DNA of 63,893 bases, the filler included, from Ministeria vibrans ATCC 50519 (Eukaryota > Protista > Filasterea): assembly GCA_943704425.1 (NCBI GenBank). It is 8 parts of 8 records of this genome, joined end to end, with 100 filler letters (N's around TTAATTAATTAA, not from the genome) between each part and the next. Parts side by side here need not be neighbours in the genome. Positions count along the whole stretch, not along the records: positions 1 to 24,142 come from CALSCP010001595.1; 7 more parts are not named here. The stretch is one strand, 5' to 3'. Positions 1 to 13,632 of the stretch are shown piece by piece. Position numbers and translations under genes: made by a program. The stretch's first letter is position 1; each line of letters begins with the position of its first letter. The notes beneath the pieces are model-generated. The model was not told the DNA's origin. It ran no database searches and saw only the letters and a list, made by a program, of their open reading frames with translations.

Positions 1-54
<54 letters not shown>

Positions 55-309
55 TAAAGAGAAAGAAAGAGAGACGAGAGAGAGAATGATAAAGAGAAAG
101 AAAGAGAGACGAGAGATAGTGTGTGTGTGTGTGTGTGTGTGAGGAAGGTAGAGGATGGAGAGGGAGGGAGAGGAGGGAGAAAGAACGGAGTGATAGAGAG
201 AGAGGGGGGGTGTGTGTGTGACGGATTGTGTGTGTCCGTATGTTTGTGTGCGTGTGTGTGTGTGTGTGTGACGGATTGTGTCGCGTGTACTAAGTATGCT
301 TGTGCTTAG

Positions 310-709
310 GTTTGGTCTGATTTGTGTTACCATCACATTTTCATGAAACTTCTCGAAGAGTTTTGGAATCAAGTAACAGAAAAAAAGGGGTTCGAAACAG
401 AGGAACAAATCTTGAGACTTGTTTCTATTTTACAGTTGGTGGTCAAAGTGAAGCGAACGTACTTTCCATCTCGACCCTCAAAGGGATTTGTGCCACTTTC
501 TAATGTGGACCGAATGACTCTAGCCGCCATTATGCTTGTAACATAATAGATCCTATTTCGTTGTGTCTCTGATTTGTCTGTTTGTTTAGGAGCTAAAAAA
601 GTTCTTTTATGCGGACAAAGAAGGACTGAAGAAGAAGCAGCTAAATTCAGCTGAGTATCTGGAGCTGAGAGAGAAGCTGATTGCCCAGACTCAGTCCACT
701 GAAGCGTAA
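310..709 (+). CDS. 3' exons of a Munc13/BAIAP3-like MUN (MHD2) domain protein, 5' partial
   Basis: Three GT-AG-joined exons give VWSDLCYHHIFMKLLEEFWNQ-LVVKVKRTYF...MTLAAIML-ELKKFFYADKEGLKKKQLNSAEYLELREKL...*; the L..FF.ADxxGL motif resembles the end of Munc13 homology domain 2. Confidence 0.55.
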
Positions 710-823
710 ATCAATAGTGAATGTTCATTATAATAATATTATTATCATTATTTTTATTATAGTCACATCTTTTATTATGAAAATTACACAGAGAGAAAGT
801 GAGTGAGTGAGTAGTGAGTCTGG

Positions 824-1787
824 TTAGACGATTGCGTATTGCTGGTAGAGCAGCTCGCGAATGCGGAAAAAGTCGGGACCGAGCGCACCCTCGAGATGGA
901 CACGGTTGCTTGCGGGGTCCTTCTTGATGGCAATGGTGTCGTTGCAGATGAGGTCGCCCAAGTGGAACTCAGCCTTGAAGTGGTGTCGCATAAGCACTTG
1001 CTTGAAATCGCTGAGCTTGAGGTCCCCCACAATCACGGGTCTGTCAGACGAGAGAGAGAAAAAAAAGGCAATTGTCAAGTGTGAAGAGGTTGTGTGAGAA
1101 ATTTAAGAGGCGCTTTTCGGTACTTGTGGCTCTTTTGGTGTTCGGGCGCGAGTACATTGAGCATAGGGGTACTACCCACGGTGTCTGTGTCCTCTGCCTC
1201 AACCACTCCGTCGACAAACGCCAGTTCGTACTCGCCCACACGCGAGAAGTTGAGCGATGAGACGAGTGCGTCGGTCATTTTGATCTAAGAAACGCAAAAA
1301 AAAAGTCAGACAAGAAAGAAACAAAAGAGAAAGCGAGAGAGATAAGAGGGAGAAAAATGAGGTTGTTACCTGATAGACTTTGCGCTCGGACGACACATCA
1401 ACAAGCTCGCCGTTAGCAGGAGTGTACACAAAAGCATTCTGATTGGACCCAGCAGCAGACGAGACAGCAGAGGAGGAGGAGGACTGTTGCTGTTGGGCCA
1501 TAGCGGCCGAGCAGTGCTGAGCAAGCGATGCAACGGCCTTTTCACTGCCATGTACTAGCACAAGGCGATGAGGGAGCACCTTAGGAGGGTAGATAGAGAG
1601 AGAGAAACAAAGAGTTAAAGAGAGAGAAACAAAGAGTTAAAGAGAGAGAAACAAAGAGTTAAAGAGAGAGAAACAAAGAGTTAAAGAGAGAGAAACAAAG
1701 AGTTAAAGAGAGAAACAAAGAGTTAAAGAGAGAGAAACAAAGAGTTAAAGAGAGAAACAAAGAGTTAAAGAGAGAGAAACAAAAGAG

Positions 1788-1845
<58 letters not shown>

Positions 1846-4623
1846 TAGAGAGAGAAACACAAAGTGATAAAAGAAAAAAGCAAAGTGATAAAAGCAAAGT
1901 AATAGAGAGATTGAGTGTGTTCGTTTTTAATGTTCATTTTATTTACCTTTGCCAGAACATTTTGGATTGCTGTGACATCAGAGCGACCTTCATAGTCAAA
2001 ATAGCGGATGTGGCAGTTGACTTGCGTCACATGAGTTTCACTCACACACTTTGAGGGTTCTTGAGTAATCTGCAATGTATGGAAGGAACACACCACAAAA
2101 AGTGATGATAATAATTATTATTATTATTAATAACTTTGTCACATACTCAAACTTTCACGCTCGATCTGTAAGTTCGTTACCAGTTCTGCTTCATCAAGCA
2201 CAATTTGCTCAACTTCGTCTGTCTCCATTGCGTTTGCAGTGGCTGTGCCAGTAGACACTTCCGCAACGTGAAACTCACCCGGTTGCAACTGCTCACCATA
2301 GTCGTCGTATCTATATCGTGGGTAAGTGTGACGGGAGATGAGATGAGAAAATATGTGTATACCTTGGGCGTCGCTCGATAGCAGGAAACATCGGAAAGCG
2401 ACGGGCGTGCTTGAAGAAACCTCCTCCGGCGCGCACTGTGAGCTCTCCCTCCACCATGACAATGTCGCGCGGGTGCTGGTGTTGCGTCGCAACGGGTCCT
2501 TCATCATCACTAGAATTAAACGAGATTGACAGTGAGTACCATGTACCATACGCAATGTGATATAATTATTTTAATGATGAGAGAGAGACTACCTTTGCTG
2601 GTCTTCCTCTTGGCCATCGCCTTCTTCCTCTGCCTTGATAAGTGCCTCGCTGGCCTTACGTTCCTCTTCTGCTGCCTCATACTCCTCCAGCTCCTCTCCG
2701 GCCAGTGCCACTCGTCGTTTCAGGTTCAGTGTCAGTGCCTCTCCCGGTCGCAGAGTCAGCACAGAGTGCGCCAGAGTGTCCTTGGGCGGTCGTTCCGTGA
2801 AAATGATCGCATTTTCAGTCAGTGAGTGCCATTCCAAAAACAGTCGCAATGACGGACTACACAGTCAGTCAGTCAGAAAGTCCAAAAAAAAAGAAAAAAA
2901 AAAGAAAATGGTTAATTGTCTGACCCAGAGTTGAGCAGCGAGTCAGGTGCAATGACCAAGAGAGGCAAGTCGACCTTTCCAGACTGCACAAGCATCGCAT
3001 GAAGAGCCTCAAGGGAGGGAGCGACGACGACATGGGCAAACTCAAAGGGACGACGCATGTGCTCGGTGAACTCACGTGTGACGTCCTTGGGCATCCACTC
3101 CATCATGGCATTGGCTTGCTCTGTCACTTGCGATGCCACACAGCCCACCAATGCAACGCTGTACGCTCCGCCTGTTGTCTTTTGCCATTGATCATCGAGT
3201 ACCTGGCAAAAACATAAGAGAGCGAGAGTGAGTGGGTTCAAAGAGAAAGGGAGAGAGAGAGAGAGAGAGAGAGAGTGTGTGTGTGTGTGTGAGTCAATCA
3301 GAGTCAATGAAAGTACAAGTGACAGTCAATGTGAGTGCAAGTGACTAGTCACAGTAAATGCGTGGACCAAAAGCGGGTTTCTCCAACACAGTCAGCAAAA
3401 TAATGATACAAAGACGAGAAAAAAAAAGCGTGAGTGAGTCGTCCTTTACCTTTGCAATTTCGAGCGCGCGACCTGACGCATCAGAGGGCATTAGAACATT
3501 CCCCCCGGCACGCAATCGCTCCACAATGAATTTTAGGAAACTGGCATCCACTTCTTTACGGTGTTGCTAGTAGAGTAAATTTGACAAGGCGTAGTATAGA
3601 GATAAAAATGAGTGTCGCGTTGTTGAACGAGTGGCTCAAAAATAAGAACCTGTTTGACAAGGGCGTTGTAGGCGTCGGTGATGAGGAGACTGGGACGGGA
3701 GAGGGAGTCGAGGACGCACGGGGCGAGATGGCGCTCCTTGCGATGGTTGTAGTCGATAGCGTACAGGATGGACTCGTCGTCCTTGACCAGACGCCAGATG
3801 GTCCCGCCAAGCGTGTGCCCCGCGCAGTATGGTGTGATAGTGATCCCTAAGCGTGTGCTGTTGTAAGCGAGTGTACGTGTGTGTGCGTGTGCATGAAATT
3901 CGGACAGACCTTGGCCCTTGTCGCTGAGCGGGAGGCTTTGAGAGTATTTGAGGGGTTGAATGAGAGAGATGACGCCTTCAATGTCGGCCAGCGTGTAGTC
4001 GGTAAAGTCTTCTTGACTCAGTCTATGGTACAGAAGAAGAGAGGAGTGGCATGAGACACGACAGCGCACAGAGATGAGCCAACCTTGAGAGCAGTTCGTT
4101 CTTCAGCGTCAATCGTCCCATGTTTTGGACGGGGAGCGTGGCGTAGATGGGACACCGGAGAGCACCGGTGCGGTACAGGTAGGGCAGGCCGCCGATGTGG
4201 GAGAGAGACGCGTGCGACAGGAGGATTGCGTCAAACGAGTCGGCGCGTCTGCAAAACGAGAGAGAATGAGCGAAGAAGCGAATGAGAGCGGTCCAAAAGA
4301 GAACAGTTCAGAGAAGCGGGAATGCGGATGGGGGGAGGGCACGGGAGAACGGAGCTGATCGGGATGGGAGGGTGAAAAACGAAGAAGAAGAAGAAAAAAA
4401 ACGAACGACAACGTTTCAAAGCGAAATGTCAGTGCAACAGACACACAGCGACGAATTCCAACCTGCAGACGGTATCAATGTGTGAAGTAGCATTCGCCTG
4501 CGACGCGTGGACGGGCGGGGCGCCGCAGTCGAGGAGAATACGGAAGTCATCGAGAGACAGCAGAAAACATCGCGCTTCGCCTTCGCGTGCGCCGCTCAAA
4601 GGCAACACCTGCACCCCAGACAT
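824..4623 (-). CDS. CPSF2: Cleavage and polyadenylation specificity factor subunit 2 (CPSF100), multi-exon
   Basis: N-term PLSGAREGEARCFLLSLDDFRILLDCG, DAILLSH..HIGGLPY, AGHTLGGTIWRLVKDDESILYAIDYNHRKERHL, DYEGRSD, LVLVHG, C-term LEGALGPDFFRIRELLYQQYAIV; the GT-AG introns I checked restore the frame. Confidence 0.95.
1592..1790. repeat. Intronic minisatellite, ~20-22-nt unit AGAGAGAGAAACAAAGAGTTAA, about 8 copies
   Basis: Direct tandem copies in a CPSF2 intron, flanked by (AG)n. Confidence 0.9.
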
Positions 4624-4837
4624 GGAAAAAGCCGAGAGAGTACGCCAATGAGAAGAAAATGAATAATAATGAGACGTGAGACTCTCTTTATTTTGATATT
4701 TTCCAATTCTTTGATCAACAAGTTAGGAATGAAATAATGATTGAAAAATTTCAATTTTTTACAACTCATCTCTGAGCGTTCAGTCTCACACCCATCTGTC
4801 TGCGCGCGCACCCCCTCCCTCCCCGTCGCTTCCCGCC

Positions 4838-5856
4838 ATGAGTGAAGGAATCGTCTTATTAGCAGCCGCAGACGCATCGACTGCAGCGCGCTTTGCACAC
4901 GCCGTGGTGGACTCTGTCATCAACCAGAGGGTAGCCCCTGCCAGAGTACGTTGCGCATGGCGTGCGCGGGGCCTTGACAGGCCCCACATCAGCGGATTTC
5001 ACACATTGGGTTCATTTTTTGACTTTCTCTCAACAGAAACATTTTGGTGAGGACGTGTGGAGCTCGGCACAGTGGGCCGCCATGGTCCAAGCATACACAG
5101 ACCTGACTCGCGCGTCGCTCAGATACGGAAAAGAGAAGGTATGTGCTTGAGATGAGTTGCAAAAAGAAAAAAAGAACAGTTTGTCACTGGTTTTTCGTTT
5201 TCATAAGTAAACTGTTGTTATTGTAATAATTTAAAGTTTTGCGTTTGTTTTGTTTAAGATTGGCGAGGCAGTAGACGCAGCAGCAGTGCCCGAGGAAGTA
5301 AAGAGCGCCGTCCAGGTACCGCAATGAACCGTACTGATCCCTTCTTACACTTGTGTGCTTACCGTAGGACTGTCTGACTGTGCGTGCGGACGAGGTATCA
5401 TGTTATACATTCAATTGATAAAAGCATAACTGTTATTATTATTATTACTATTATTATTATTAAACAGATCTTTACTGCTCTGGTTTCGGATGCATCTGAC
5501 ATTTCGCCGTGTCGTCTCAACGATTTTGACTGGAAAATCCACGTACAAAAAAAAAAAAAAAAAAAAAAAAACTTTCTCTCTCACACACACGCATACAATA
5601 ATAGATGGTCATGTCATCGGACACCCTTGCAAATGTGCGAACACCGGTGCTTTTGCTTGAACTGCAGCCCTCGTCTCACCCCGCCAACGGTCTGAGCGCC
5701 GCCCCCATCACCGTTGAGCTCGATCGCCCTGGGCTCACCCGTCTCATGGCCTCCCTTGACAAAGCAAACGAGGTCCCGTGTCTCTCTCTCTTTCTCTCTC
5801 TTCTTTTTCTCATTGTTTTCTTTATTTAGGCGGTGCAAGCGATTAAGACTGTCTAA
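4838..5856 (+). CDS. COMMD8: COMM domain-containing protein 8
   Basis: Spliced exons give ...VWSSAQW...LNDFDWKIH-MVMSSDTLANVRTPVLLLEL...VELDRPGLTRLMASLDKANE-AVQAIKTV*; the COMM domain pattern is closest to COMMD8 (DFDW..KLALSSD...P.L.L). Confidence 0.85.
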
Positions 5857-6079
5857 GGCGAACTCCTATTTCTCTTTCTGGTTTTGTTTTTAAAATTAAT
5901 AGTATTTTTTATTCTTTTTTTGAAAGTAAAAAAACGAGAAAGAAACACAAAACAGAGTGAATATGTCTGTAGAGAGAGAAAGATGCATTGTGTGTGGTGT
6001 GTGTGTTTTGCGATATGACTCACAAATGAGAGGGAGAGAGAGAGAGGGAGAGAGAGAGAAGGGAGAGGAAGAAGAGGAG

Positions 6080-7692
<1,613 letters not shown>

Positions 7693-8694
7693 AATATACT
7701 AGATTGATAGACTGTGACAAAAAAAAATGAATGTCTAAAATGAAAAAATCCATTTTGTGTTTATTCAACTTCGTCGACCGCCTACTCCGCTCATCGTACT
7801 GCCACAGTCCTCGATCTTGCCCGAGGGCCTCCGCATTGACTGGTGGCAGTGATCTAGCGGAACATGGGGCAGGCAGTACTATGCGTGTGGGTCGAGGCGT
7901 GGACGTGACGACGGCGCACTTGACGCGTGGAAGATAATGTCTGTCGTGTGTCTCACTGTATCACTGTATATTAGGCAATATTCCGTGCTCACTCGTCCGT
8001 CGTCAGTGCTTAATCTGCTTATTAGGTATATGTCAGTGTAGGACACACTGGACAGTTCTTGACAGTTTTTGACGCGTTGAAATATCCGTTTAACTGATCT
8101 TTTGTGTTTGCTTGCGGTCATGAATACAATTATACAATTATTATTATTATTGTTGGTGACTGTACCATGTCGGGCTGTCCATAAACAACTATTTAACATT
8201 GGCTTGTTTCGCTTGTACAAGGCAATCACTCATTTCACTGTTACTATATTAAATGTATTATATTGGGAGGAATCGTTACGCCACCCACAAGTCGAAAGGT
8301 GTTTTGTTCCCATCGCTTTTTATTTTTTGTTTGTTGCGCGATCAATTTGAGCTCTCCAGAGTAGCGTGTGCGTCTTGTGACTGCGTATGGCATTGCTCAT
8401 GCGTGGCCAAACCGATGCTGGCACGTGCTAAGTGTAGGGCGAGATTTTCTCGCGCAAGTCGAACATTTCCCGTTTGAGCTGTTTTGTCACTGCTCCTCCG
8501 GTACCCCCTCCTGTGCGAACAAACAAATACCCATGCTTTTTTATATTATTATTATGTACAACTATACCAATTACTTCTTACTATCTATTAAGCCTTGTGT
8601 AATGTGAATGTGCGCATAAAGAAGACCAAAAGGTGAATTACTGGTAATGGGAATACACTATTATTATAATAATTATATACAATCGCACCATAAA

Positions 8695-10879
8695 CTACTT
8701 TTGGAAGCCAGCTTGGGAGTGCCGCACAATGAATGCATCAAGAGTCAACGTCGGCGTTGACGTCGTCGTTGACGTCGACGAGCGGGCTTTTTTAGCGGCT
8801 TTGGCTGCGTTCGTGGAGGACGTCGTGGCTCGCTTGCCCTTGCCTTTAACCACTGTCTTGCTTGCATCTACTTGACGACCCGAGTGCTTGGAGACGGAAG
8901 CGGCTGCGTCAGCTTGTACAATGGCATTGATGGCTTTGCGGTTGAGACACTCATCAAGATGCTGTTCAAAGGCAGCATGCGACACACAGGCAATGGTGCG
9001 CTGGCAGCTGGGGCACTCGTGCGACACGGCTGCCTGTGCACGTCGCTGCTCCTGTTCTGTCAACAGACTCTCAATCGTTTGCTGGGCACTCAAGCTACTA
9101 CCACCGCCACTTCCAAAGCGCTCATGGACACCTTCGCCACCTTGGGGTTGCGACTCGTTGAGTCTCTCCAGCTGCGCCATGCGCACACCCATGAGACGTA
9201 AGCGGAGGACACCACCACCAGTCGAGCAATGAACACGCACACTCTCCAACTCTCCATTGAGCAAATCCACTGCCGTCGCATACATCTCCTCGGCATTGGC
9301 AGTGGCGCGCACCAGCACGCGTGCGCGCGTGCGCACATCAAACGTGACCGTCTTCAATTTCAACGTCAACGATCGACCCCGCACCTGCCGACGCGCCATA
9401 TCCTCTGCCAACTTGCTACATATGACTCGGCACTTCTCGCGCAACTCATTAGGTGCGCTCAGCTACAAAAAGACACAACCCATTGAAAAAAAAAAACAAA
9501 AAAAAACAAACAAAAAAAAAAACAAAAGAAACAAAAGAAACCTCACGACTTCCTCACGACTCGGTACCTCGCGAAACGTTCGCTCCGTTGAAATACTCTT
9601 GGGAAGTGCGTCGGTGTCTCGCTTGGCATGAACACTGCCGATGCCAAGCGACGAACGAAGATAGCTTGTGGCCGAAATGGCACTGAATAACAAGCGAAGC
9701 ATGGCACGTTGGTCCCACAGGTCCTGCACCGAATTGACACCGAGCGCATTGAGTACGCGCTCCGACACGCGACCAATTCCAAACACTTTGCGGATGGGCA
9801 GCGCTCGTACAAAGTCAACGACTGCCTCGCGAGATGCCTTCAGCTGGTATTGTCCGTTGGGCTTGTTGACTTCACAGCAGATCTTGGCCAATTGCATGTT
9901 GGGCGCAATACCAGCACTCGCCGTGAGTCCGCGGGTGCGCTCGCGAATTTTGGCACGCATCTCTTCGACGGCCTGAGCGGCGGTAATATCCGGGTAGGTC
10001 TCGAGGTAGGGCGTGAGGTCGAGGTAGGCTTCGTCGAGCGACATGGGCACGAACTCTTCGTTGTACTCGGCGAGGACCCGGCGCACCACCTCGCTTGCCT
10101 CTTTGTACGCCCCAAAGCGTAACGGCACAATCTTGAGATGGGGGCACAGTTTGAGACCAATGTAGCCGGGCATGGCGCTGCGCACACCAAATTTGCGAGC
10201 CTCATAGTTTGCCGTGCTCAACATGGACATGCCACCAACCGCAATGGGAATGAGTCGCAACGAAGGGTCATCGCGTTCCTCGACGCTCGCATAAAATGCA
10301 TCCATGTCCAAGTGAACAATGGTACGCGACAAGTCACGCTCAGACTCGAGACGCCCCGCCTCCACGTCCGCCTCTTTTTCCGCTCGCGCAATCTGCGCCG
10401 GCGTCAGACGCGCCACCTTCTCACGCAACTCCGCCACACGTCCCTCCAGCTCAACGTTCTTTTTCTCTGCCTTAACAAAGAACCGACTACCTCGGCTTGC
10501 CTAAATAGACAGACGAAAACAAAGGGAAAAGGGGTAAGAATCTCCGCTGAGCATTGGACGAAAGTGAGACGACCTCCAAAATTTTCGAATTGACCAGCTG
10601 ACGGTCGACACCCGCAAGGCCTGCCTTGGTGGGATTGAGCGCAAGTTGACCAGCAAGTGTACGGTCAGTAGACTCCGTTCTCTTCCCTGCGCCTGCATTG
10701 CTCGCGAGCGTGCTTGTCGAGGTCGTCTCAAACGCGTCTTGCGCAAGAATATCAGCAAGCAAATCCTCGCCATTGTCGTCCTCTTCGTCCTCTCCACCGC
10801 TCTCCGATCGACAATCATCATCGTCGTCGTCTACCGACTGAAACCATTCCTCGTTTGACGCACTCACGTCGTCGTCCAT
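8695..10879 (-). CDS. POLK: DNA polymerase kappa (Y family, DinB-like)
   Basis: N-clasp LNPTKAGLAGVDRQLVNSKILE, VHLDMDAFYASVEERDDPSL, STANYEARKFGVRSAMPG, SLDEAYLD, KSISTERTF, RLRLMGVR, C-terminal UBZ4 finger CPSC...HLDECL and PIP-like TLDAFI. Confidence 0.96.
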
Positions 10880-10971
10880 TTCAAAGAAATAAATTGAGTG
10901 AATTTTAAATCGAGTGTAGACTTTAGAGTAATAGAGTTACAACTGTCAAATTTTTATTCACCAGTTGTGAT

Positions 10972-11623
10972 ATGGTCCGCGCTAAAGCACCACTGCCCAA
11001 TGGGCCTATTGCTGAGATGATCACAGAGGCCACGGAGGCCGTGACAGTTGCCGACTCTATTGCAATTCTTCGTCGAGCATTCAACCATGAAACCGGATCG
11101 GTATGTGTGATTTCGTGGCCCGTCTAGCCTTATGTTGGCCAGGAGCGTGTGGGGGTGCGGTAGAAAGGCCCGACTATATGACAGTCTTGTGCTGATTTTG
11201 GACCGTTTTACCAAACGATTTCCGATTTTGCTCTCATCACACGCACTCCTTCCCCGATACACCTTGCTCGAGGGTGTCCTGTGTGTGGATGTGTGCATTT
11301 GATTGTCTCACACGAACAGCCACACCGCTCATTGACACTTTCTTTATTTATTTTTGAGTTCTGTCCAAAAAGCTTTTCGTGAAGTTTCTAAATTTTTTTT
11401 TCTTCATTCTTTGGTTTTGCGTTTGAAACACTCAGGAAGCTCTGGCTAAGGAGGCTGCCATCTTTGCCCTTGGGGAAGCACTTGCAAAGGACTCACAGGT
11501 TGAGGCGCTGGCTGAGCTTGTGCGTCTCGTTCGTCCTTTTCTCGCAACGCTGAGCAAAGCCAAAGCGGCCAAAGTCAGACACAAACGACACGACTCTGCA
11601 TGATGACTCTACTGACTGCCTTT

Positions 11624-11694
<71 letters not shown>

Positions 11695-13551
11695 TTCCAG
11701 CTGATGCGTACTCTCCTGGACAACTATTTGAGTGTCGGCACCGTGTCTGACGACTCGATTGCTCTCTGCTCCGAGTGTGTTCAGGTAAACAGTGCGCTTT
11801 TGTGAATTCCGACTGAGGACTCACTTGTGTGTGTGTGTGTGTTGTGCAAATCATACAGTGGTGCCGCGACGAGGGTCGCACCTACCTACGACAGGCTGTT
11901 CAAATACGTTTGATCGAGATTCATCTTAAACTCGGCAAATACAGCGAAGCGCTCGTCATTAGTGCGCCTCTTCTCTCAGAGCTCAAGAAACTCGACGACA
12001 AAGTAACAATACTAATAATTTGTCTATTCTCAATAATAATAATCAAATAAACTTCATCTTGTTTTATAGCCTCTTCTGATGGAACTTCAATTGCTCGAAT
12101 CACGTGCCTACTTCTACCTGAAAAATTACCAAAAGGTACGAAAATCACAAAATTGTTCCACCCCATAAAACAACAATAATTGCCTTTTTCTTTTTGGGTA
12201 GGCAAAAGCGTCCCTAGCAGGCGCACGGACCAATGCCACTGCTATCTACTGCCCTCCTCTGCTCCAAGGCGGTCTTGATCTCATGGTATGAAAAGGAGTG
12301 ATGATACCAATAATTAAATGTGTAGTCATTATGAATAAATTGTATGTGCGTGTGTTTAGAGTGGGATTCTTCACGCGCAAGATAGCGACTTCAAAACTGC
12401 CTACTCGTACTTTTACGAAGCCTTTGAGGTACCACGTATATCTTTTTATTTGAAAACTCACGAATGCTTCTTATTGTGTGTGATCATTAGGGATACGACT
12501 CGATTGGACATGCAGAGGCGGCGCGTGGCCTCAAGTACATGCTCTTGAGCAAAGTACGACAGGGTGTCACACATTCACTCATTTTCTTACTTGTCCATTT
12601 CTTTTCTTGCTTATTTCTTTACTTGCTTATTTTTTACTTGCTTATTCACTCGCTCTTCCTTCATTCACTCACTTCTTGCTCTTTTACTCACTCTTCGCTC
12701 ATTTTCTCTCTCCTCGCTCATTTAATCGCTCCTCGCTTATTTCTTTTAACTCTCATGTACTAATGTGACTGCTTCTCAGGTGATGCTCTCTTCTGCCGAT
12801 GAGGTTGCACAGGTTCTTTCTGGCAAACTGGCGCTGCGCTACACTTCTCCGTCCATTGATGCTCTGCGTGCTGTTGCAAAGGCTCGTGAGAATCGCTCGT
12901 TGGCTGACTTTGAAGCGGCTGTGGCATCTTTTAGCGTAAGAATGTGCCACTACACACACTCAACATAGTTATATATAATTTATTATAATTATAATGATTA
13001 TAATTATTTATATGTACAGTGTGAACGTGTGCACATTTCTCACATTGTGTTTTCGTTCTCAGTCTGACTTGAGCGAGGATCCGACCATTATTGCGCATCT
13101 CGAGTCACTCTATGATTCTCTGCTCGAACACAATTTGTTGCGTCTCATTGAGCCTTTTCGCAGAGTGGAAGTAAGTCCAAGACAAAAAAAAAATAAAAAA
13201 AGAGGAGCGCACAAATTAATGTGTTTTCAAAACTCCAGATTGGTCACGTTGCGTCACTGATCAATCTCGCACACGACACTGTGGAAGCCAAGCTGTCCCA
13301 AATGATCCTGGACAAGAAACTGCACGGCATTCTCGATCAGGGCTCGGGTTGCCTGGATGTGTATGATGCGCCTGAGACGGTAAGAATAGTGTGTGCGTGT
13401 CTGTGTGTGGCACAGCATTATTCGACTGTCTCTTACTCGTTGGCTTTTTTTTTTTGTTCAGGATGCTATGTATGACAGTGCATTGCTCACTCTGGAGAGC
13501 ACAAGCAAAGTCGTCGATGCTCTCTACGCAAAGGCTCACAAACTCCAATAA
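10972..13551 (+). CDS. PSMD11: 26S proteasome lid subunit Rpn6
   Basis: Exons give KEAAIFALGE, SKAKAAK-LMRTLLD, RTYLRQA, LKKLDDK, ARTNATAIYCPP, DFKTAYSYFYEAFE-GYDS, LKYMLLSK, PCI domain NLLRLIEPF...VEAKLSQMILDKKLHGILDQGSG; the first exon 10972-11100 ends at GTATGT. Confidence 0.96.
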
Positions 13552-13632
13552 TAAACGTTTCAAGAAAAATGGGGGGCTCCCTCAACTCGTTAAAACTTTA
13601 CAAAACTCTCTCTCTCTCACTCACTCTGGTTT

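Noticed and set aside
8340-8512. Possible extra terminal exon of POLK
   Set aside because: An in-phase splice can be drawn, but POLK already ends normally after UBZ and PIP motifs and the peptide has no recognisable homology
10944-10950. TGTCAAA/TTTGACA near several gene starts (16172, 21994, 61693)
   Set aside because: The same 7-mer also occurs in introns and exons (about 3580, 19441, 32190, 45951), so enrichment cannot be claimed
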